The translations under genes were made by a program, and so were the position numbers. From the NCBI GenBank assembly GCA_965202985.1, contig CBDBCF010000001.1, positions 256,001 through 320,000 of the forward strand: 64,000 nt of DNA, given 5' to 3'. Below the pieces are notes generated by a model. It was not told the DNA's origin. It searched no databases and worked only from the letters and a program-made list of their open reading frames with translations. Positions 22,925 to 31,924 of this stretch are shown piece by piece. Each line of letters begins with the position of its first letter. The first letter of the stretch is position 1. This DNA is from Longimicrobiales bacterium. GTDB lineage: Bacteria; Gemmatimonadota; Gemmatimonadetes; Longimicrobiales; Gaopeijiaceae.

Positions 22925-23400
22925 CTGGCTTGTTGCTCCTTGGGTTCGTGATTAGGATGGCGGACCGCAACGAGGCCAGTGGATTCAGGGGTTCCAATCA
23001 GAACGAGTGAATCGCCAGCCGTGGGCGGAAACGTAAGATAGTGGACTTATTGTTGTGGCAAAAGATAGTCGGTTGCTTCTGTGGTCTCGGCATCGAAATT
23101 GAAGTTAGCATGCCGTCAAGGCGGCGGCCAAGTCCTAGAGGCCTCCGTTTCTGTGGGGCCGACCAGTGATCGGGAGGCCGCCGCCGGTCTTGGGGAGCCT
23201 CGGCGCTCGGACAACCGTCGGGCCGTTCCGTTTCCCGCGGCGACCGGGGACGGGCTGACAGACGTGGGCATGAACCCGCTATGCCGTACGCATTGCGCTC
23301 GAACTCGGCCGGCGCGTGCGCGACAGAACTTAGCGGGACACGGGCGTTTACCGGGGTCTCGACGGCGCGAACGCACGGAATTCGCGGAATTGGGCTTGAA

Positions 23401-25182
23401 GCGGCCTTATTCATGACTCGTGTGAAGTTGTCGTTGGGGCGAGATTGCGGACGTGCACAAGGCGAGCAGGGCAAAACGAGCGCGCGAGCGGGCCGAATTG
23501 GCGATTTCAGACGGTGGAGACGAGGCGCGCAAGGGGATTTTGGGCGTTCGGAGCGCGTTGCTGCGCGCGCTGGACACACTGGTGCGTCGGAGCGGCCGTC
23601 GAGGCCGGAACGGCGACGGGCGCAGGTGCGGCGCTAGCCGCCCGGGTCCGGCAGCAGGGCGAGCTGTCGGGTGGCCAGCGTCCAGTGGCCCGCCGAGCGG
23701 CCGACGATCGTGACGACGCGGCGTCCGGAGACGGTGAACCGGGCGGGCGCTCGCAGCACGCGTTCGAGCAGGCGACGCAAGCTCCACCCGGTCTGGGTGG
23801 CGCGTTCCAGCAGCGTGCGCAGCACGTGCATGGTCTGGTAGCCGAACAGCGCGACGAGCAGACGCACCTCGTTGCAGGCGAAGGCGTCGACGCTCGGGCC
23901 GCGCTGGCCGACCGGTCGGCCCCGGTACCAGCGCTTGGGCCGCGGCGACGACGACAGCGCCGGGTCCACCACGCTCTTCAACTCGCCCATGTGGCCCTCC
24001 GCCTTGCCGCGCTTCCGGTAGAGCGCCAGCAGCGCGTCGGCGGGCATCGCGTCCGCCGACATCGACGTGATCAGCCAGAACACCTCCGGGAACAGCTCGC
24101 CGGGCCGCTCCTTGACCACGCACACCACGCGCCTGGACCGCGACCACGAAGCCGCCCGGCAGCCCTGCTCCGGCTCCCACCACCACATCCGCGCATCGTC
24201 GCCCGCCTCCCGCAAGTCGTACCACGTCTCCTGCACCGCTTCGTCCACCGCCCGCTCGGCCAACCGGTCGAGCACAGCGTTCCGACGGAGCCTGGCCACG
24301 AACGGCGTGCCCCGGTCCTCGAGCGCCCGCATCAGCTGCTCGGCCGGGTACCCCGCGTCCATCCGCACCACCGCCCTGCGGCAGCAGTGCCGCTCGACGC
24401 GGTCGAGCACCGCCAGCACGAACTCCGTCCCGCCCGCAGCCGTGTGCGCCTTGCCCGCCCGCAGCCGAGCGTCCAGCAAGTCGCCCGTCTCCGCCGACGA
24501 CGCCACCAGCGGATGGTACACCGTCGCCTTGCAGTAGCCGTTCCAGCCGCTGCCCGGCCGCTTGCCGTGAACCTCGATCGGCAGGCTGTCCACGTCCACC
24601 ACCATCTCCGCCAGCCGACGCCCGCCGTTGCGCGCCCGCAGCCGCCAGCCCGCCAGCCGCGCCAGCCCCTCCCGCAGCACCTCCGGGTTGTCCCCCCGCG
24701 ACAGCATCGCCACCAGCCGCGACAGCGTCGGCTGCGACGCCAGCACACGCCCCGCCGCCAACGGCGTCGTGCCCGCCCGCCCGCTCGCAGCCAGCCGGAA
24801 CGCCGGATCGTCCCGCAACATCGTCGCGTCGGCGTGGTCCCGACGACACTGAGCCGCCAGCAGGCACGCCGTCCGCACCAGCTCCGCCAGCGAATGCCGT
24901 GTCCTGCGCGGGTCCCGAGCGTCGTCGATCCGCTCGCTCAGCCAGCGGTCCACGCCGCTGGCGCTCAACACCTCGCGACACAAGAGAACGCCCGCGTCGC
25001 CCGTCACCTTGTCGGGCCGAACCTCGACCCGCACCGACTTGTTGTACCGAAACGGAGCACCCATTATCTTCACCTTGGCGTTGCGTGCGGCAGGCCGCCG
25101 GTTCTCGGCCCGTGAACCTTGAACCTAATGGCCTGCCGCCGCGCGCCACACCCTTACGCCTGAACCTCGTGAATAAGGCGGG
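23401..25182 (-). mobile_element. Complete IS1380-family element
   Basis: Terminal IRs GCGGCCTTATTCATGA (23401-16) and TCGTGAATAAGGCGGG (25167-82), 13/16 match; TTGAA direct repeat at 23396-400 and 25183-87. Confidence 0.85.
23634..25073 (-). CDS. IS1380-family transposase (DDE_Tnp_1_4)
   Basis: TGDAGVLL, LRDDPAF, LASQPTLSR, DVDS, YHPL, VRMDAGY, Y.KRG.AE..MGELK, F.CNEVRL. Confidence 0.9.
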   Translation of the reverse strand: MKIMGAPFRYNKSVRVEVRPDKVTGDAGVLLCREVLSASGVDRWLSERIDDARDPRRTRHSLAELVRTACLLAAQCRRDHADATMLRDDPAFRLAASGRAGTTPLAAGRVLASQPTLSRLVAMLSRGDNPEVLREGLARLAGWRLRARNGGRRLAEMVVDVDSLPIEVHGKRPGSGWNGYCKATVYHPLVASSAETGDLLDARLRAGKAHTAAGGTEFVLAVLDRVERHCCRRAVVRMDAGYPAEQLMRALEDRGTPFVARLRRNAVLDRLAERAVDEAVQETWYDLREAGDDARMWWWEPEQGCRAASWSRSRRVVCVVKERPGELFPEVFWLITSMSADAMPADALLALYRKRGKAEGHMGELKSVVDPALSSSPRPKRWYRGRPVGQRGPSVDAFACNEVRLLVALFGYQTMHVLRTLLERATQTGWSLRRLLERVLRAPARFTVSGRRVVTIVGRSAGHWTLATRQLALLPDPGG

Positions 25183-25920
25183 TTGAAGCGGCCCCAAGAG
25201 GCGCTCGAGCGGCCTGGGAGCGGCCTGCAGGCCCCGAGGCGTGCCGACGCCGAAGCGTCTTCGCATGAGCAGCCCGAGGTTGAAGGCGGCGACGTGAATC
25301 AGCATCCGCTTGCGGACGTCCTCGTGGCCGCGCACGTGCACGCGGCGAAGCCCGCCCGTCCCCAGCAGGTGCGCGAACGAGCGCTCCAGCTTCTCGCCCC
25401 ACATCCACAGCAGCGCCTTGCCGCGCTCGCCCCGAATCCGCCGCCGGTTCGCATAGACCGGCTTCTGGGCTTCTTTGCTCTGCTTCCAACTCCGCCGACC
25501 GCGCGCGGGCTCGCTCACGTAGCCGTGCAGCCTCCGGTCCTCCAACTCCGTCATCGTCCTGTTCGAGTGATAGCCCTTGTCGCACACCATTCCGCCGCCC
25601 CAGCCCCCAGCTCCGCGAGCCGCCGCTCCGCCTCGTCCAGCGTCTTCGTCACCGACGCCGCATCGCCCCCGTCCGTCGTCTGCACCGTCACGCCCACCAC
25701 GGCGCCCGACTCCAGGTCCACCACCTGCTCCAGCTTGTGACCCAGCCGCGTGCGCCCGTCCTTCATCTTCGTGATCCGCGCCTCCGGATCCCCAGGATGC
25801 ACCCACTCCGCGTTCGACCCCTTCTTCGGACGCTTCCGGTCCAGCTTCGCCAACTCCGCGCGCGTCGGCGTCTCGATCCCCGACGACCGCGCCAACTCCC
25901 GCAGCCACGCCTCGTAGCCC
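25183..25920 (-). mobile_element. IS1182-family transposase, 5'-truncated and frameshifted; IS1380 inserted near its 3' end
   Basis: DPEARITKMKDGRT.L.HK.E..VDL.SGA, then in another frame DKGYHS, ERSFAH...TGG.RR...RG. Confidence 0.75.
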
Positions 25921-25924
25921 GCGC

Positions 25925-26056
25925 CCCCATGGTGAACACCTTACGCCGCCGCCGGCTCGCGCGCTTGATCCCTTCCTCCCGCATGAGGCAGGCGATCCGC
26001 TTGGACGCTATCTGCTCGCCCTTGACTTCAGAGCCCGGATTGCCCACCTTCTCCAC
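25925..26056 (-). mobile_element. IS3-family OrfB fragment
   Basis: KRIACLMREEGI...RRRR resembles the IS3 HTH_21 segment; very short. Confidence 0.45.
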
Positions 26057-26094
26057 ATTACACTAGACGCGGAACCCAACATGCGGGAGGAGAC

Positions 26095-26781
26095 GTGAGT
26101 ATCGATCCTGGTAGCGACACCGCGGGTCCAGCGGCCCACACCGGAGAGGACGCGAAGCTGAAGATCGTGTCGATAAGGGTCAACGGGGCACAGATTCAGG
26201 TATACGAACGCGTTACGGTCCGAGAGATTGTCGAGAAGGCAAGCGAGGCTGGCGCGATTTCAGGAGTTATCGAGGAATACGTTATCGAAAGGGTCGAGAC
26301 AGTGGGCGAGCACGGCCTTGAGGAAGAAATCGAAGTTCAGGAACTAGAAGAATTCATGGCGATCCCGTTCGGCAAGACCGAGGTCGCGACAGTGTCGAAC
26401 GTTCACGAGAGAATACGGGAAGAGCTTAGGGCCCTGGGATATCCGTCCCGTGTCGTGACAGGCGATACCTCAGGCGGACCACAGACGGTCGTAGTATTCG
26501 AATATCCAGTGCTTACCGGTCGTTTCAAGGGCACTACGTGCATGATGGGAATATCCACCCAATGCGAGGCCGTGGGGTATCCGGAGATTCCCCCGCATTG
26601 GATTTTCATTAGCCCGCCTATTACCGATACACGAGATGGAACCAACCATGGACTCAACAGGTTTGACGGGATGGATTGGGTAGCCCTGAGTCGGCCGCCG
26701 GGCGCATTTTGGGACAAGCTTGGCTCGAAGAACATGAAAGGGTACATGGAACATGTGGCCCGCGTGTGGAAGAACATATGA
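26095..26781 (+). CDS. Ubiquitin-like (beta-grasp) domain fused to a prokaryotic E2-like domain
   Basis: GGAGG RBS plus GTG; N-part IVSIRVNG..I.V..RVTVREI...I.V...EEF.AIP; C-part FEYPV..G.F.G, GYPEIPPHWI, W..LSRPP, YMEHV.RVW. Confidence 0.7.
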   Translation: MSIDPGSDTAGPAAHTGEDAKLKIVSIRVNGAQIQVYERVTVREIVEKASEAGAISGVIEEYVIERVETVGEHGLEEEIEVQELEEFMAIPFGKTEVATVSNVHERIREELRALGYPSRVVTGDTSGGPQTVVVFEYPVLTGRFKGTTCMMGISTQCEAVGYPEIPPHWIFISPPITDTRDGTNHGLNRFDGMDWVALSRPPGAFWDKLGSKNMKGYMEHVARVWKNI

Positions 26782-28247
26782 TCCAAGGGGCTTGGCACGA
26801 AGTCGTGCTTCCCGGCGATACGAATCGACGAGCCTGCGATCATCTCTTGCAACATTACCGACAAGGTGATTTCCAGGAAGACTTATGTTTTGGCTCTTGG
26901 ACGCCCAGCCGCGGAATGGACAGAGAGACGGCAATCGTAACCGACATTATCCTTCCGAAGCGCGGCGAGCGAACTCTTCATTCAACGGGCAACGTTAGCT
27001 TCGTGGGTCCCTATCTTGCTCGAGCGACGCGAGAAGCCGTCCGCAAGACGCACGGATTGGTCTTCATGCACAGCCATCCCACCAACGGGTGGCAAGAGAT
27101 GAGCGCAGCGGACGAGCGGGCGGAACGAGGTCGGATCGCAGACGTTGCAAGGACGACAGGCCAGCCACTCGTCGGCATGACCGTCGGAAGAGACGGCCAC
27201 TGGAGCGCTCGAGTGTGGAAGGGCGACGCCGGAAGGCGGAGTTCGTTGACGTGCAGGAAGGTGCGAATCGTAGAGGAAAGTCGGCTCGTCGTGTGGCAGC
27301 GGCCGCTCCGTGGCCGGGGAAGACGATCCCGACAGTACCGGACCGTCCAAAGCTGGGGAGAAGACAAGCAGGGGTGGATCGAGAGCGTTCGGATCGGCGT
27401 CGTAGGGCTCGGGAGCGTAGGAAGCGTAGTCGTGGAAGGCCTGGCACGGATTGGGGTTCGCGACTTGGTGCTCATCGATCACGACTTGGTAGAGGAGAAC
27501 AACTTGGATCGCCTGCTTAATGCCGGCACCAGGGAAATCGGCAAGCCAAAGACAGTCGTGGCGGCCAGAGCCGCACGAAGGGCAAGTTCCGCTCGGTCGA
27601 TTTCGGTGGCAACCGTTCAGAATTCGCTCCAGAGTCGAGAAGCGTACAGCTTGGCTAGAGACTGCGACATCTTGGTAAGCTGCGTGGATGGTCCGGTAGG
27701 GCGCGACCTCTTGAACAGAATCGCATTTCGGGACGGCATCCCTGTAATAGACGGGGGAGTGGAGGTTCGAACGGACATCAGGACCAACAACATGAACGCA
27801 GCACGATGGAAGGCTCATTTGGTGAACCCTTACCAGCAGTGCCTGCGGTGCAAGGAACAGTATACCTCGAGCGATGTAATGATGGAACTGGACGGGTCTC
27901 GGGGTGACCCTTCCTACATTCGCACGCCCGACGGCCGGACCGGCGGAGAGAACGTGTTCAACTTGAGCCTGGCTGTCGGAAGCGAGCTTCTGAACATCGT
28001 GGTTCGCATGCTAGTGGCTGACGGTTGGTGGCCTCAACAACGTGGACTCGAACGGAATCTGGTGACCGGACGCATAAAGACGCAGGACGGACAGTGCTGG
28101 GAGGGCTGTACGATACGTCGAGAAAGTTGGATGGGCGACATGGCGGAGGCCATACCTTATATTGACGCCGGACGACTGAGGCGAACACTCGGCGACGCAC
28201 TTCGGCGTCGTTGGAGGAACACATTCAAGAGATGGAGGATAGGCTGA
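26778..28247 (+). CDS. JAB/MPN peptidase-ThiF/E1-like adenylyltransferase fusion
   Basis: ATGA overlap; QEDLCF and HSHP....MS..D (JAB); GLGSVG, DHDLVEENNLDRL, SCVD...R, IDGG, CLRC and CWEGC (E1, Zn site); DPSYI. Confidence 0.9.
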   Translation: MIQGAWHEVVLPGDTNRRACDHLLQHYRQGDFQEDLCFGSWTPSRGMDRETAIVTDIILPKRGERTLHSTGNVSFVGPYLARATREAVRKTHGLVFMHSHPTNGWQEMSAADERAERGRIADVARTTGQPLVGMTVGRDGHWSARVWKGDAGRRSSLTCRKVRIVEESRLVVWQRPLRGRGRRSRQYRTVQSWGEDKQGWIESVRIGVVGLGSVGSVVVEGLARIGVRDLVLIDHDLVEENNLDRLLNAGTREIGKPKTVVAARAARRASSARSISVATVQNSLQSREAYSLARDCDILVSCVDGPVGRDLLNRIAFRDGIPVIDGGVEVRTDIRTNNMNAARWKAHLVNPYQQCLRCKEQYTSSDVMMELDGSRGDPSYIRTPDGRTGGENVFNLSLAVGSELLNIVVRMLVADGWWPQQRGLERNLVTGRIKTQDGQCWEGCTIRRESWMGDMAEAIPYIDAGRLRRTLGDALRRRWRNTFKRWRIG

Positions 28248-29248
28248 TGGAGCAAGAGAACACACAGAATAGTCTGCACACTTTGATCAAGTACGTTGAA
28301 GGTATTCCCGATCGTATCCAGAAGCGACTGACTACGGGAAACGGTATGGATGAGGACAAGATGCGTTCATGGATCGCCGAAGAACTGCAAAAACAGGTTC
28401 GCAGAGTTAGATTCTACAACGACAAGCGGAACCATGAGACGGAAAGCTGTTTCGCGCATTATACGTCGTGGAGTAGTTTTCTTGCGATACTGAACCAAGA
28501 ACGACCACTGATGCGGATGTACAACTACGAGACGGCCAACGATCCGCAGGAGGGTCAGATATACCCCGAGGGATGGAGGGAAGTCGGGGAGAGGGCAAGA
28601 TGCATAGGAGACGTCAACGGTGCTGATGACCGTTCGCAACCGGGTGACACTTACGGATGTTCGTTTTCTAGCGGCACCGAGGACATAGGTGACGACCTGA
28701 CTCTCTGGCGGCTTTACGGCGACAACGGAGAGGGCTGTTCTTTGATGACGAGTTCGCCCGGAATGGATATGTACCGGATTCGCTATAGAAAACACGACGG
28801 GAGTGTAAGAAACCGCAAAGAAGCTGAGGAAGACAAGGCAGTGGCTCAGCAGATGAACAAACTGCTTTGCGCAGGAGAGCGAACCATTGACAGCCTTGAT
28901 GACAGCTATATGCAACCCGTAGGATCAGCTATTGGGGACGCCGTCCAGAGAGTATTAGAAGGCTATTGCTACTTGGTCAAGGATGTAGCCTATTCGAACG
29001 AAAAGGAGTGGCGCCGGATCGTTGTCAGGCCGCCTCTTGTGGAAACCCGCTTTGACGCTGATGTGGCAGGAGTGAGACGATATGTCGAAGGGCATGCATT
29101 CAAGGACTTATTGGTGACAGGATCGGCAATCACAATTGGGCCAAAGGTGGGCAATTCCAAGGCAGTTTGCGACTATGTGAAGAGGACGGCGGGCCACAGA
29201 GGTCTTCAACGGCCTAGCATTAGAAATTCGGCCAAGTCCTATCGGTAG
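28247..29248 (+). CDS. DUF2971 domain-containing protein
   Basis: TGATG overlap; HYTS, ANDPQEG, CSFS, DDLTLWRLYGDNG.G, K...YSNEKEWR. Confidence 0.85.
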   Translation: MEQENTQNSLHTLIKYVEGIPDRIQKRLTTGNGMDEDKMRSWIAEELQKQVRRVRFYNDKRNHETESCFAHYTSWSSFLAILNQERPLMRMYNYETANDPQEGQIYPEGWREVGERARCIGDVNGADDRSQPGDTYGCSFSSGTEDIGDDLTLWRLYGDNGEGCSLMTSSPGMDMYRIRYRKHDGSVRNRKEAEEDKAVAQQMNKLLCAGERTIDSLDDSYMQPVGSAIGDAVQRVLEGYCYLVKDVAYSNEKEWRRIVVRPPLVETRFDADVAGVRRYVEGHAFKDLLVTGSAITIGPKVGNSKAVCDYVKRTAGHRGLQRPSIRNSAKSYR

Positions 29249-29260
29249 TTTGGACTGGGA

Positions 29261-29908
29261 ATGACGAGCCCAGACATCGTTTTGGCGGCTATGGTGCCCG
29301 CTCCCCGCGATGTATGGATCGACCCGGTCCGAATTCAGAAGCTGCTGTTCTTGATCGACAAGGAGGTTCCGAGCCTAGTCGGCGGCCCACACTTCAACTT
29401 CCAGCCCTACAGCTACGGTCCGGTCGACCTTGATGTCTACCTTGAACTGGAGGCACTGACGACAGATTACTGCGTACACACCGACCGGACCTTGCGTCAT
29501 CTCCGATTCCGGCTCACCAGCAAGGGGATTGGTCGGGGCGAAGCTCTATTGGCGAGCCTTCCCGACAAGGCATCCCGCTTCGTCGAACGAGCCTGTAAGT
29601 GGGTTTTGGAAGCTTCGTACCACGACTTGCTTTCCGCTATCTATCAGCGGTATCCCGAGATGGCGGTCAACGCAGTGGCAGTTCAGCTGATTCCCAGATC
29701 CACACGCCGCAAGAAGCAATCGGCGATTACAGCGGTCCTGACAGGACTGGCCAGAAGCATTGATTTCATGGGACTGCTTGACGAGCGTCCTGCTGGTATC
29801 GACAGCAACGTCTCCGACCGGGAGGCGATAGGGGACGCTTGGCAACGGACGGGCAACCACCTCAGAGCGGCCATTGGCGAGGTGGACGGCGCACGAGGTC
29901 GGAAGTAG
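29261..29908 (+). CDS. SocA/Panacea (DUF4065/YwgA)-like winged-helix protein with an extra C-terminal domain
   Basis: IQKLLFLID, F.FQPYSYGP...VY..LE.L, LT.KG, LL..IY..YPEM. Confidence 0.7.
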   Translation: MTSPDIVLAAMVPAPRDVWIDPVRIQKLLFLIDKEVPSLVGGPHFNFQPYSYGPVDLDVYLELEALTTDYCVHTDRTLRHLRFRLTSKGIGRGEALLASLPDKASRFVERACKWVLEASYHDLLSAIYQRYPEMAVNAVAVQLIPRSTRRKKQSAITAVLTGLARSIDFMGLLDERPAGIDSNVSDREAIGDAWQRTGNHLRAAIGEVDGARGRK

Positions 29909-29910
29909 AC

Positions 29911-31924
29911 TTGGGTCCGCATCGTGAGCAGTGGCGCGACCGCATCCTCCATGAGTTCCTGCCTGGAGCCTCCCGGCTGACCGTCGTATCCGACCCCGAC
30001 GGCTTGGTGCTGGACGAGACCGTGCTGGCCGAGCTTCGGCGACGGGGCTTCGAGGTGCTGGTCTTCGACGAGCCCGTGGCGTTTCGATACGCCTACGAAT
30101 CGAGATGCCGGCGCTACTGGGACGACGGCAAGCCGGTCGAGGCCGTCGTCGTGGCGAGGATGGACGCTCTTGATACCGCCAATCTGCCCTACGACGTAGT
30201 CCAAGCAGGGAGACCGCTGACGTTCGGGCTCGGCGCGCTGTTCCCCGGTCTGAGCCGGACGGTCTTGGCGACGCTCGGCCCTACGCAGCTCGATGCCCTC
30301 TGCGACGCCGTGGAAGGCAAGCCGCCGGGCGTTCTGGGCGACAACGCGACCAAGGACTTCGTTCTCCGCCATGTCGTCGGGATCGCCCCCGAACTCGTGC
30401 GGGAACCTCCGAGCCTGCTTCGCGCCCTGCTCCGCATCCATCACGGCGGCCAGTCGATTCCGTCACTGCTGGGAGAGCGCTTGGTCCGGGTTCTCTGCCA
30501 GGAGGGCCGCTTCGAGGACTGGCCACTGGAGCAGATCGTGACCGGACGCGAACGCCTTCTTCGCGTTCCTTCAAGAGCGCTGGCCTCGCTTCCTTGGCCG
30601 TGCCGCCGGATCCCAGACGACGTCGGAAGAGCGCGACCACGACTTCGCCTACGCAGGGCCGGCGGACCTGCCCTTCGACCACAGCGACGTTCACGTCTAC
30701 ATCGACAACCTCTTCCGGGAAGGGTTTCTGCGACCGGTCGATCACGCGGCCGCCGACGCCTTCGCCGACAGTTGGATTGCGTCCGGAGTGCGGACTTCGG
30801 GCGACGACGCCGACGCGCAGCGCCTGGAACGCCTGCTCGACGCGGCGGCCGGCGCCCTGCCTGACCCGGACGCGCGCTACGGTGACTGGCTGCGCTTCGC
30901 CCGGACATGGGCGGAAGCAGGGGCGCTCGCCCTGTCCCCGGAACGCGAGGCCGCCGACGCGACCGAGCCGAACCTTGCCGCGCTCCGCGACCGTGTCGAC
31001 GCGGCCTTCGCCGAGTGGCTGGGGCGTTGCTATGCGGGCTTGGCCAACCTGCCGCCTTCCCCGCCGGTCATGTTGCACCATGTGCCGCGCGTGCTTGCGC
31101 GCCACCTGGACGACGCGCCGGAGCACAAGGCCGCCCTGCTGGTCGTGGACGGCCTGTCAATGGACCAATGGGTCGTGGTGCGCGAAGAACTGGCCCGTCG
31201 TCGGCCCGCCTACCGCTTTCGGGAAGGGGCCGTCTTCGCCTGGACTCCCACGATCACGTCCGTGTCGCGCCAAGCTGCGTTCGCGGGGAAGCCGCCCTTC
31301 TACTTCCCGCCGGGCAGCATCGACTCCACGGACCGGGAGCCGGCGCTGTGGCGTCAGTACTGGACCGGGCGCGGCTTGGCCGCCGACGACGCCGTCTACC
31401 AGAAGAACCTGGGCGCTGGTTCGCTGGAGGCCGTCGCCGACCTGATCTCTCGTCCGCGAGTCCGGGCTGCCGGGCTGGTCGTGGACACCGTGGACAAGAT
31501 CATGCACGGCATGGAGCTCGGCGCCCGAGGAATGCACGGCCAAGTCCGTCAGTGGGCGCGGGAGCCCTACTTGGCCGCGCTCCTCGACCTGCTCCTGGAC
31601 AACGGATTCCGAGTCTGGCTCGCCTCCGACCACGGCAACGTCGAAGCGACGGGCTGCGGCCGCCCAGCCGCCGGAGGAGTCGCCGACCTGCGGGGCAAGC
31701 GCATCCACGTCTACCCCAGCGCGACGCTGCGCAGGCGGGCCGCCGTCGAGTTCCCGGACGCCCGGCCGTGGCCGCCGGCGGGCCTGCCCCAAGACTACCT
31801 GCCCCTGCTGGCTCCCGGACGCTCCGCGTTCGTTCGCAAGGGGAAGCGCGTGGTCGCCCACGGAGGCGCTTCGTTGGAGGAGGTCGTCGTGCCGCTGGTC
31901 GGCATCGAGCGGGCGGAGCTGTGA
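29911..31924 (+). pseudogene. pglZ: BREX-3 phosphatase/nuclease PglZ, +1 frameshift at about 30541
   Basis: WRDRILHEF.PG..RLT.V.DPDGL, LPYD; removing A30541 gives VPDANAFFAFLQERWP in the 30788..31924 frame; LLVVDGLS..QW, PTITSVSRQ, SDHGN, HGG.SLEEVVVP. Possibly an assembly error. Confidence 0.88.

Noticed and set aside
23407..25908. 833-aa minus-strand ORF
   Set aside because: Chimeric read-through of the broken IS1182 frame into an off-frame of IS1380
26095..28247. CBASS (Cap2/Cap3) or thiamine/molybdopterin ThiF-ThiS interpretation
   Set aside because: No CD-NTase and no thi/moa genes nearby; the JAB-E1 and Ubl-E2 domain order differs from Cap2/Cap3
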